DNA from: an uncultured Gammaproteobacteria bacterium
Lineage (GTDB): Bacteria; Patescibacteriota; Microgenomatia; Daviesbacterales; UBA10151
Length of the DNA stretch: 64,000 nucleotides
Assembly: GCA_964415615.1 (NCBI GenBank)
Contig: CAYQAW010000004.1
Span: 21,543 to 85,542 of the forward strand
Direction of reading: 5' to 3'
A program made the translations under genes and the position numbers. Positions 9,158 to 17,622 of the stretch are shown piece by piece (position 1 is the stretch's first letter; each line of letters starts with the position of its first letter). A model generated the notes under the pieces. That model did not search any database. It was not told the DNA's origin and saw only the letters and a list, made by a program, of their open reading frames with translations.

Positions 9158-10204
9158 ATGGTAATAGATCGAGAACAAAGAATTCTAGCAGTTAGAGAAG
9201 TTATAGCCAACTATCCAACTGAACAACTGCCTCATCCGCAGATAGCTTTACTTGCCGAAGTAGGGATTAGGGCTGCCTTAGCTTCTGCAAAGATAGCGAG
9301 AGCTGTTTTTGAAGGAACCAACCCAACTAATCTGCAGATTGAATGGAAGCAAGATGCAACCGCACGTACAGTTGCAGACGTAGAAGGTGATATTGCTATA
9401 GTGAAAGTAATTCAGTCATTGAGGCCTCAGGATAACATTTATATTGAAGAATCAGGTTTCCATAAAGGGGTGGTAAGCCCTCAGCGGAATGGAGAAAGTG
9501 GGATCACCTGGGATGCAGATTCTTTAGACGGGACTCGTGCTTTTACCGAATTTAAACCTTGGTCTGTTTGTGCAGTCGGAGCACGTGATGATAAAGACTA
9601 TCTTCTGGGAGTGGTTGCTCATCCTTTTCGACAAAATTTAGCCTTTGCTATAAGAGGTATGGGAGCATATTCGGCTTCATATAAGGACAACTTAGGGTTA
9701 AAAGTACAACAAATGAGATTAAGGGATAAAGCTACTTTTGCTGGAGCAACTGTAGCAGTAGATTCTTATTGGGGGCCAGCAAACTATGATAGAAAAGCCC
9801 AAGTTCTTAGAGCAATAAACATGAATGCATTTATGAATGGTGGGTTTGTTTCACAAGACGCCGTTGCCAGCAACATTGCTTATCAACTTGATGTAGCTCA
9901 AGGCCTGACTGATTTTGGGATAACTGACTTTATACCAGCAGCTCAAGGTTCTTGGGATTGGAGAGTGGGAGAAGCTTTAATTATAGAAGCAGGAGGAGTA
10001 ATGGTTGATCCTATTACAGGCAATAGGCCTACCAATGTTTCACAAGTAGTGATATATGGTAATAAAAAGCTTGTGGACTTAATATTACCCACAGCGCAAG
10101 CAGCTTATGAAAATTATAAAGGGTTTATAGATTATGATTTTAATCAATGGAGGCAGACTCAAAGTATTCTACATCCTGAGGGGTACCAAGGCCCCAAACA
10201 GTAG
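9158..10204 (+). CDS. Inositol monophosphatase / FBPase / CysQ-family phosphatase
   Basis: 'WDADSLDGTRAF' resembles W.IDP(L)DGT. The C-terminal 'WDWRVGEALIIEAGGVMVD' resembles WD.AAG..I..EAGG. GC content is visibly higher than in neighbouring genes. Start placed at ATG 9158 because the ORF-track start at 9122 is a TTG. Confidence 0.55.
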   Translation: MVIDREQRILAVREVIANYPTEQLPHPQIALLAEVGIRAALASAKIARAVFEGTNPTNLQIEWKQDATARTVADVEGDIAIVKVIQSLRPQDNIYIEESGFHKGVVSPQRNGESGITWDADSLDGTRAFTEFKPWSVCAVGARDDKDYLLGVVAHPFRQNLAFAIRGMGAYSASYKDNLGLKVQQMRLRDKATFAGATVAVDSYWGPANYDRKAQVLRAINMNAFMNGGFVSQDAVASNIAYQLDVAQGLTDFGITDFIPAAQGSWDWRVGEALIIEAGGVMVDPITGNRPTNVSQVVIYGNKKLVDLILPTAQAAYENYKGFIDYDFNQWRQTQSILHPEGYQGPKQ

Positions 10205-10913
10205 GAGTAATAGCTGCTACTATCTTCATCCCCTTCTTAATGAGTCTTTGGTAAATAGGAGCAACATAAAATTCTTTCTTACCCTCATTCCCTGTTAAAT
10301 CATTTTCTGCGATTGCTTCTTCTACTTCCTTAACAAAGATATTTCCATGGCTAAAATAATACCCGCCGATATTTGCGAGAGCTCCTTGATCTGCCAAGGT
10401 TTTATCCTTTTCTCCAACAGCTATAATGACATCTCCTTTTTCAACTAAGGAAAAACTCCATTTAGGATCTTTATCTGGGGGAACAAATACCGGAATTATC
10501 CCTTGTGTTTGAGTATCATTATTAATGATCTTTTGATGTAGAAAGCTTCCGTCGAAGTAATGGTCTGAATCAGAGATGAGGATATCTTCATCTGAGTTGA
10601 TATACTCTTTTGCCTTCAAAACCGTCTCTGATGCGCCTCTTGTGATCTGGTCAATTAATATGATTTTAATATTATTACCGAAAAGGTCTTTTAAAGATTG
10701 GCAGATCCGAAAGTTGTTTTCATGCTCTTGTAGACAAATAAAAAGTAGATTACTGGGATCAATCTTGAATCCTTTTAAGGATTCAATTGCCCAGACAATC
10801 ATTGGTTTTCCTGAAACGTTTATCAAAGGTTTAGGCTTTTTATATTCAGGATTAGAATCAGCAGCAGCTAAAAATCTTGATCCTTTACCAGCCATCGGTA
10901 TGATAATTTTCAT
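10140..10913 (-). CDS. Sugar-phosphate/alcohol-phosphate nucleotidyltransferase (NTP_transferase, MobA-like fold)
   Basis: N-terminus 'MKIIIPMAGKGSRF...KPLINVSGKPMIVWAIE' is the G-x-G-x-R nucleotide-binding loop plus the K/PL substrate loop. Substrate unknown. The 3' end overlaps the convergent IMPase-like gene by 65 bp. Confidence 0.6.
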   Translation of the reverse strand: MKIIIPMAGKGSRFLAAADSNPEYKKPKPLINVSGKPMIVWAIESLKGFKIDPSNLLFICLQEHENNFRICQSLKDLFGNNIKIILIDQITRGASETVLKAKEYINSDEDILISDSDHYFDGSFLHQKIINNDTQTQGIIPVFVPPDKDPKWSFSLVEKGDVIIAVGEKDKTLADQGALANIGGYYFSHGNIFVKEVEEAIAENDLTGNEGKKEFYVAPIYQRLIKKGMKIVAAITPTVWGLGTPQDVEYFESASID

Positions 10914-10921
10914 CTGTTTTT

Positions 10922-11650
10922 TTACGAAGATAGATATTTACTCAGATCTTCAGGAGTTCCCAATCCATGCATTTGTGATTGTTTTATTTCCCAAATTACG
11001 ATTTTCTTTCCTGACAAAATCATCTCGTTAAAAATAGGACAGACATAAAAATCGTTGTTGAACCTAATGTCTTTAATAATCATAGAGAAAGCTGCTTCTA
11101 CAAAAAGAGTACCTTTTTTAAAATAGTAGATTCCTGCTGTGGCGTGATTGGAGATAACCTTTTTTTCGGCTGTTTCCAAGACCTGCCCCTTCTTATTCAC
11201 TCGGGCATAACTCCATTTTGGGTGCTGAGAGTTAAAGGTTAAAATTGCACCATCAGACTTAGATTTTCTAGCAAAGCTTATAAACTGATTGATGTCAGTA
11301 TCGAGTATTTGATCAGCATTGGCTACTATTAATTCATCATCGTTATCTATCAAATCAACTGCAGTAAGCACTGTACAGGCAGCTCCTTGAGTAGAAGCTG
11401 TTAACTGGACTGTTTGAAAATTGATTCCAGCAGCATTACGAAAAATTTGGTTCATCGAATAATTATCATAGTGATCTTTTTTGCATACTAAAATAAATTG
11501 ATGAGGAATCTTTGGTCTTAAGTTTTCAATCACTAATTGAATCATTGGTTTACCATTAATGTCAATTAAAGGTTTGGGGAAAGTATATCCTGCATTTTGA
11601 AAGCTATTTCCTGATCCAGATAATGGTATAACGATATTTAACTTCTTCAT
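10922..11650 (-). CDS. Nucleotidyltransferase, paralogue of 10140..10913
   Basis: 'NIVIPLSGSGNSF...KPLIDINGKPMIQLVIE' has the same architecture as the adjacent gene. A tandem pair suggests a hetero-oligomer or two activation steps. Confidence 0.6.
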   Translation of the reverse strand: MKKLNIVIPLSGSGNSFQNAGYTFPKPLIDINGKPMIQLVIENLRPKIPHQFILVCKKDHYDNYSMNQIFRNAAGINFQTVQLTASTQGAACTVLTAVDLIDNDDELIVANADQILDTDINQFISFARKSKSDGAILTFNSQHPKWSYARVNKKGQVLETAEKKVISNHATAGIYYFKKGTLFVEAAFSMIIKDIRFNNDFYVCPIFNEMILSGKKIVIWEIKQSQMHGLGTPEDLSKYLSS

Positions 11651-11655
11651 AAGCT

Positions 11656-12291
11656 TTAGACTAAATTTAGATCTGTAAACATTGACAAATTTACATCCTC
11701 TTGGCCTTTTACAGCAATGACTTTTGCTCCAGCTGTTTTTGCAGCTTGTATACCATGTAGAGCATCTTCAACAATGATAGTCTCGTTTGGTTTAACTTTA
11801 AGTAGTTTAAAGGTTGCCAAATAGATATCTGGTGAAGGCTTTGGTTTAAACCCTTCGTCGTTACCAATAATAAACTCAAAAAAATTGTCTAAATAGGCCC
11901 CTTTTAACATATTTAATACTGAATATTTTTGAGCATTACTACAACAGGCCAATTTATAGCCTGCCCTTTTAAGATTTGTCAGCAAAATTTGTTTTTCATG
12001 AGTCGGTTTGCAAAGTTGAATAACCTTTTCATCGGTATACTTTCTTTTTAAAGCTTTTATAACTTTATGCAACCCTTGCGGCAAGCCTTCTCTTTGGGTT
12101 AGCAGTTTTAATTTTTCCGCTGTAGGTAAACCATTATAAAGACTATCATGTTCCTCTCTGCTGATTTCATAACTAAATAACTTTAGGGCTTGGTTTAAGG
12201 CTTCGTAATGCCATTCAACAGCGTCGACTAGAACTCCATCTAGATCAAAAATGATTGCTTTAATCATAAGGCTTGTAATATTATATACCAT
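11656..12291 (-). CDS. HAD-superfamily hydrolase (beta-phosphoglucomutase / phosphatase subfamily IA)
   Basis: Motif I 'IIFDLDGVLVD'. Motif IV 'VEDALHGIQAAKTAGAKVIAV'. Confidence 0.7.
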   Translation of the reverse strand: MVYNITSLMIKAIIFDLDGVLVDAVEWHYEALNQALKLFSYEISREEHDSLYNGLPTAEKLKLLTQREGLPQGLHKVIKALKRKYTDEKVIQLCKPTHEKQILLTNLKRAGYKLACCSNAQKYSVLNMLKGAYLDNFFEFIIGNDEGFKPKPSPDIYLATFKLLKVKPNETIIVEDALHGIQAAKTAGAKVIAVKGQEDVNLSMFTDLNLV

Positions 12292-12294
12292 AAT

Positions 12295-15030
12295 ATGCTT
12301 CGGATTTCTTCTGTTAAACTTATTATAGTATTTTTATTAATACCCTTAATTTTAAATAGTATTTGGTTTAGTAATGGTTTATTGCACGGAGGAGGCGAAG
12401 AGGGAATTTTGTACTATAACCCTGAAAAAATCTTGCGTCTCTCAACTTCTGTTTGGGTTGATTTTACAGCTGGCGCTTCTGTGATGTTGTGGTTGCAACA
12501 AATGCCTGTGGCTTATCTTTCCATGGTATTTGAAAAATTTGGTTTACCGCATTTCCTTTTCCAAGCAATAATTTTTTATACCCTTATGACTATTGGGGTA
12601 TTTTCGACCTATTATTTAACGCTTACTGTACTGAAAAAAGACGAAGAGGATGATGCTGCAAGCAATAAAAATTCAAAGATTATTGCTTTTATTTCAGCCG
12701 TTTTCTATCTATTTAACCCTTTTACGATCAGTCAGATTTGGGGAAGAAGTCTATCTACGCAATACTTTGCATTTGCTCTTTTTCCATTGACTCTTTTGCT
12801 GTTTTACCTAGGCTTTAATAGAAAGAAATATATTTTTGGGCTTTTTGCTGTGTTAGCATCCTCTGCATTGGCTCTGGCGTATCAATTTTTGACTTTTATA
12901 ATTGTTTATTGGCTAGTAATATTAATTTTTTTCATCCATAGGTTAGTTATATCTAATAATAGAACTAAAGAAGCACTTTTTGGTATTAAGTTTTTTTTCT
13001 TAACCTCTATTTTCTGGTTTTTTCTAAATGCCTGGTGGTTTGTGCCGTTATTCTTATCTTTTGGGAATATTAACTCGGTTGGTACGCCTCACGCAGAAGA
13101 TAATTTAGGATCACTTTTAGGCGTAAGCAGGAATTATCCCTTAGAGGTAATTGTTAGGTTATTACATAAGGGGTATTTTTTTGATTTTACAGCATATAGC
13201 CAGATTTATTCTACAATCCCTTTCCAGCTTATAAGCCTTGTTCCATTTCTTCTGGTAATTTTGGGGCTTATTAAGATATTAAAAAACAAAGAACAGGTAA
13301 AGCTAAGGTTTTTTGTTATATTGCTTGTATTGGGTTGTATTATTTCAGCAGGAGCTAACCCGCCTTTTGGATGGTTGTTTGTATGGCTTTTCAAATCAGT
13401 ATTTGTACTACAAGCTTTTAGGAACCCTTTTGAGAAATTTGGCCTTGTTTACGCTTTAGGTTACAGTGTTATATTTGCCTATGGATTGGTTTATTTCTTA
13501 AATAACAAGAAATCTAAAAAATTCTTGCTTTTCTTAGTGCTTTTCTTAACCTGTATTGTTTATGCTTGGCCGATGTGGACTGGAAGGGTAATTGCCGGAT
13601 ATGACAAAAAGATCGGTCTGGATATACCTACATATTATAGCGATTTACGGAAGTGGTTGAGCGAGCGAGGAGAAGATTATAGAGTACTGATGACACCGAT
13701 ATGGGTAGGAGATTCAGCTTTCTACCAATGGAATGATGCAGCTAGATATCAGGGTAGCGATCCAATGATTTATATGTTAGACCAGGGGGTAATTTCAAAT
13801 AGCGCCCGTGGAGCTTATTATTCGGAGTTTATTACTTATGTAAGAAATCATATGCAAAGGGAGGATGTTGTTCCAGCGCTTTTCCTTCTTAGGACAAAAT
13901 TTCTAGTAGACAGAAAAGATGCAATTTTAGTTACTGATACAGAGAAAGAGCATTATAAGTTTTTGGCATCAAATATATATCCTCCTTTAGGGAAAGACAG
14001 TAATCTTAAAAGCATCTGCCAAAATAAAATCGCAGACGCTAAGCCTACTGGTGTGGCTTGGGTTACTTGTACTCTCAATAAGGAAAATACCGACTTAAGT
14101 AATATAAAGTATTTGCATATTAAAATAAAAACTGATGTTCCTGCTAGTGTGGAAGTATCATTGCGGGATACAAAAGATGCAGGGATTGTATGGCATGGAA
14201 GAGTGGACCCGGAATATAGTACAGATACTAATGACTGGCAGTATATAACTATTCCTTTAAGGAGTCCGGCTGACAACAATAGTAATATAGATTTATCTAA
14301 AAGTAACCTAATTGAGATATGGGCATATCTTAAGGATCATCCAGAAGTATCGGTTAATAAGATTGAAATTGCAGAGATTAAGCTTGATCCAGGGACAGAA
14401 AAACGGATAAATGAATTTAGACAAGTAGCGGAGCTTGGTAAGTTAACAGTTTTTGAACCAACTAATTTTAACTCTCCGCCTGAGTTTGGGAGTTTATCGT
14501 CAATTGCGAAAGTTCAAGGATTTAGTCAATTATTTGAGAAAGCAAATGAGGACAGAAGCCAAATTGACAAGAAGGGGTTTGTCTTAACTTCGCAGAATCT
14601 CCAGAAGGATCTGCAGAGTTTACCGGATGAAGTCCCTTTGAGAATTATTGATAAAAATAAGCTTTCTGAAACCAGGTATTGGTTGCAAGCTGCTAAGGAC
14701 CAAGGCGCAGGTTTATTACTGCTTAGTAAGACTTTTGATCCTAATTGGAAAGTTATTGCAGGAGTGAGTAAAGATAGACTTTCGGGTAATATCTTTGACG
14801 ATTTAAAGTTACTTAAACTAGCTACTTTACCAGAGGACAATCATTTCGTGGTTAATGGCTATGCTAATTTATGGAAGATTGATGGCAAGGATAATCAGTA
14901 TGCGATTGTATTTATCCCACAGATAATTGCAGAAATAAGCTTAAAGGTTTCGATATTCAGCTTGCTAATTATTTCTGGGCTTATTTTATTATGGGGAATC
15001 AAAAAACGTATAATTTCAAAATTCTATTAA
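12295..15030 (+). CDS. Giant polytopic membrane protein, putative GT-C glycosyltransferase (YfhO/AftD-like), paralogue family member 1
   Basis: 911 aa. About 14 predicted TM helices at the N-terminus ('GGGEEGILYYNPEK', 'FRNPFEKFGLVYALGYSVIFAYGL'). A large hydrophilic C-terminal domain ends 'FDPNWKV...VNGYANLWKIDG' and a final TM. It shares these motifs with 36357, 40289 and 43487. Confidence 0.6.
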   Translation: MLRISSVKLIIVFLLIPLILNSIWFSNGLLHGGGEEGILYYNPEKILRLSTSVWVDFTAGASVMLWLQQMPVAYLSMVFEKFGLPHFLFQAIIFYTLMTIGVFSTYYLTLTVLKKDEEDDAASNKNSKIIAFISAVFYLFNPFTISQIWGRSLSTQYFAFALFPLTLLLFYLGFNRKKYIFGLFAVLASSALALAYQFLTFIIVYWLVILIFFIHRLVISNNRTKEALFGIKFFFLTSIFWFFLNAWWFVPLFLSFGNINSVGTPHAEDNLGSLLGVSRNYPLEVIVRLLHKGYFFDFTAYSQIYSTIPFQLISLVPFLLVILGLIKILKNKEQVKLRFFVILLVLGCIISAGANPPFGWLFVWLFKSVFVLQAFRNPFEKFGLVYALGYSVIFAYGLVYFLNNKKSKKFLLFLVLFLTCIVYAWPMWTGRVIAGYDKKIGLDIPTYYSDLRKWLSERGEDYRVLMTPIWVGDSAFYQWNDAARYQGSDPMIYMLDQGVISNSARGAYYSEFITYVRNHMQREDVVPALFLLRTKFLVDRKDAILVTDTEKEHYKFLASNIYPPLGKDSNLKSICQNKIADAKPTGVAWVTCTLNKENTDLSNIKYLHIKIKTDVPASVEVSLRDTKDAGIVWHGRVDPEYSTDTNDWQYITIPLRSPADNNSNIDLSKSNLIEIWAYLKDHPEVSVNKIEIAEIKLDPGTEKRINEFRQVAELGKLTVFEPTNFNSPPEFGSLSSIAKVQGFSQLFEKANEDRSQIDKKGFVLTSQNLQKDLQSLPDEVPLRIIDKNKLSETRYWLQAAKDQGAGLLLLSKTFDPNWKVIAGVSKDRLSGNIFDDLKLLKLATLPEDNHFVVNGYANLWKIDGKDNQYAIVFIPQIIAEISLKVSIFSLLIISGLILLWGIKKRIISKFY

Positions 15031-16037
15031 GATAATAATTCTTCTTTACCCGAAGAAGCAGCTTTACTAATAGCATCAAGCACCTTAATAATGTTTACAG
15101 CCTCATCTATTCCTGGTAGTGGTTTAAAGGAAAGGTTTTTTCCAGATAAGTAATCATCAACAACCTTGACTTCTATTGCAGTTGTTAAAGTTTGATTATT
15201 TGCTAAATCTATCACTTGAGGAGTTTTGTTACTTTGTTGATGAAAAAGGAGAAGGTTAGATTTATTATGACTTCTCAGTTCTCCGCGTTCACACTCAACA
15301 ATTAGGTCTGTGCCGCTTTTGTTTCGGGAAGTAGTAGCATCTAATTCAACTTGGGCAAATAAGCCGGAAACGAAAGCTAGCTCTATATGATAACTAGCAG
15401 GATAGTTTTTGGTTTCTTGTTTTATGATTTGAGCTTTTAATTTTACAACTGGCTCGTTTGCAATCCAGCAAGCCAGATCAATAGCATGTGATCCAGCAAT
15501 ATAAAGGAAGTCTTCATTTTTTCTTAAAGGTTTTCTTTGTTGGTATTCATTTACATCATGGAAATAAGTTGTTTTAATGGTTTTTAGAGCTCCCAAGCCG
15601 CTTGAGGTAAGGAGTTTCTTAGTCTCTGTAAAGGTAGGAGTTAAGCGATAATTTTGTCCTACTATTATAGTAGCATTGTTTTGATGAGCAAGCTTTTGCA
15701 GGTACAAAGCATCTTTGAGACTTGTGGTAAAAGATTTTTCACACAAAACTGCTTTGTTATTTTTTATTGCCAAAGCAACATATTCTGTATGTTGGTCATC
15801 AGGGGTACAAACATGGACAAGGTTAGACCAATTAATTGCCTCTTCTAAATTATCAAAAATAATTACCTTAGCCTGGTTTTTTAATGTTTGTGCAGTCTCA
15901 GAGTTTTGAGTATATACACCAGCTTGAAATCCTAAATTTAGTTGTGCATCCAAATGCCTTTTTCCAGCAACACCTAAACCAATAATCAGTGGTTTAATAA
16001 TTTTGAATTCATCTGGCATTAATGTATTATACTGCAT
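15027..16037 (-). CDS. Gfo/Idh/MocA-family NAD(P)-dependent oxidoreductase (sugar dehydrogenase-like)
   Basis: 'IIGLGVAGKRHLD' Rossmann motif. 'VHVCTPDDQHTEYVALAIKNNKAVLCEKSF' contains the family EKP motif. Confidence 0.7.
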   Translation of the reverse strand: MQYNTLMPDEFKIIKPLIIGLGVAGKRHLDAQLNLGFQAGVYTQNSETAQTLKNQAKVIIFDNLEEAINWSNLVHVCTPDDQHTEYVALAIKNNKAVLCEKSFTTSLKDALYLQKLAHQNNATIIVGQNYRLTPTFTETKKLLTSSGLGALKTIKTTYFHDVNEYQQRKPLRKNEDFLYIAGSHAIDLACWIANEPVVKLKAQIIKQETKNYPASYHIELAFVSGLFAQVELDATTSRNKSGTDLIVECERGELRSHNKSNLLLFHQQSNKTPQVIDLANNQTLTTAIEVKVVDDYLSGKNLSFKPLPGIDEAVNIIKVLDAISKAASSGKEELLS

Positions 16038-16043
16038 AGATAT

Positions 16044-16904
16044 ATGACTGAAATAAGTGGTTTAAGAGATGTATTAATAGGTCAACAATTTGTTGATAGG
16101 GCAGTCACATATGCTGTTGCTCGCAATCCAGCTCTTTTAAAAATTGATCAGGAGAAGGTGTTTGGTTTAGCACGAAGAGCTGCTTCTGAGATGGTAACTT
16201 TTGAAGATTTAGCAAGGAATGAACCTTTGCGTATTCCAAACACTCCAGAGGAGTGCAAAAGAATAAAAGCAATTTACGATTTATCTTATGTGGGAACTTA
16301 CTTAAAAGGATATCGGGATGATCGATATCAAGGTACGCCTGGGACAGAATGGACAGATAGAAGAAGACTAAACTATACAGCCACTCTGATCAGGCGATTA
16401 ACTGAAACCATAACAGGTAACCGCTCCACAACTCCTTTAGGTATGAAGCTGAGTTCTCAGCAAATAGAACAATTAAGGTCAAATATTGAACAGTTTGGGC
16501 CTTATCTTATTTATGGTTCTACGTCAGAACAGAATGAAGATTTAGAGATAGCGCTTGAAGGACAAAATGTTATAATCCCCAAAAGTAAGGTCCATATTAT
16601 TGCTGATAGGCCTGTAAACACTAACACCTTAGATCAGGTACAGACTATTAGTTTGCCACCCCAGCTACGGGTGCAAAATGGTGATATTTTAGCAGTGGTC
16701 GCTCATGCTCCCCATTTGGTAAGATCCCTGCATATGTTAAATAGATACAAAACCTTGCCGAAAGGAATGATTGTTAAACCATACCCAATGCCAGCACCTT
16801 CTGTAGGCGGAGTAGATTTTGCTATTCGGGAAGTAAGTGGTTTATTGTACTATACATTTATCACTGAAGACGCTTCAGAAGAGATTTATCCTTATCAAAT
16901 TTAA
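16044..16904 (+). CDS. Hypothetical cytoplasmic protein (no recognisable family)
   Basis: 286-aa ORF with good coding potential and no TM segments. It lies 5 bp upstream of a histidine-phosphatase gene. GC is slightly above the window average. Confidence 0.5.
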   Translation: MTEISGLRDVLIGQQFVDRAVTYAVARNPALLKIDQEKVFGLARRAASEMVTFEDLARNEPLRIPNTPEECKRIKAIYDLSYVGTYLKGYRDDRYQGTPGTEWTDRRRLNYTATLIRRLTETITGNRSTTPLGMKLSSQQIEQLRSNIEQFGPYLIYGSTSEQNEDLEIALEGQNVIIPKSKVHIIADRPVNTNTLDQVQTISLPPQLRVQNGDILAVVAHAPHLVRSLHMLNRYKTLPKGMIVKPYPMPAPSVGGVDFAIREVSGLLYYTFITEDASEEIYPYQI

Positions 16905-16909
16905 CTGGA

Positions 16910-17581
16910 ATGGAAATATTACTTATACGACACGCGGAACAATTGTATCCATATAATGAGCAGGGCAAGAAAATGGTGAGTGGTGTTGATGCTCCGCTTG
17001 TTGAATTGGGCAGGCAACAAATGAGGGAATTAAGGGAAGAATTAAAAAGGCAAGGAAGAATTTTAAATGCAGTCTATAGGAGTCCGCTTTTAAGGGCTAG
17101 ACAATCAGCTGATGAATTAGTAGGTAACTCTGATGTACCTATCTATGAAGTTGATAATTTAAAAGAAGGCTATCCTAATAGCGCTGAGGGTCATGCCTAT
17201 GATGAGTTAGAAGAAAGAGGAGGGGATATATATGCCCATTCTTTTGGGGAGCAAGAAAGCTTAGACCATCTTGTTGAGAGATCCAGGCAAGCTGTAAAAG
17301 AAATTTTGGAAAATGCTAATAACCATGGCTTTGAATCAATAGCAATTGTTGGCCACGGAGATCCGCTTTGTGCTTTACAGTGGGGTTTACATAATGAGGG
17401 TTTGCCTACAAGCTATGCAGAGATGAAAAAAGACTTTTATCCGCAAAAGGGTAAAGCTTATTTGTATCCAGTTTCTCAGCAAGAGCCTTTTAGGGTAACA
17501 GGCGAAGGGAGAATTTTTACAACAAAGGCTGCAAATGAAACCATTGAAGGTTTGCGGTCTGCCAATAAGGAAGGGGTCTAA
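16910..17581 (+). CDS. Histidine phosphatase superfamily (phosphoglycerate-mutase-like) protein
   Basis: 'ILLIRHAEQ' is the RHG/RHA catalytic motif. A second 'VGHGDPL' histidine motif is present. Confidence 0.65.
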   Translation: MEILLIRHAEQLYPYNEQGKKMVSGVDAPLVELGRQQMRELREELKRQGRILNAVYRSPLLRARQSADELVGNSDVPIYEVDNLKEGYPNSAEGHAYDELEERGGDIYAHSFGEQESLDHLVERSRQAVKEILENANNHGFESIAIVGHGDPLCALQWGLHNEGLPTSYAEMKKDFYPQKGKAYLYPVSQQEPFRVTGEGRIFTTKAANETIEGLRSANKEGV

Positions 17582-17622
17582 AGACCTTATTTGTTTGCTT
17601 ACTGCTATAATCATAAGAAGAG

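Noticed and set aside
10576-11031. 151-aa + strand ORF spanning the two nucleotidyltransferase genes
   Set aside because: It is antisense to two well-supported genes and crosses their boundary. Its sequence is low-complexity (Ser/Leu/Phe-rich), typical of shadow ORFs in AT-rich DNA.
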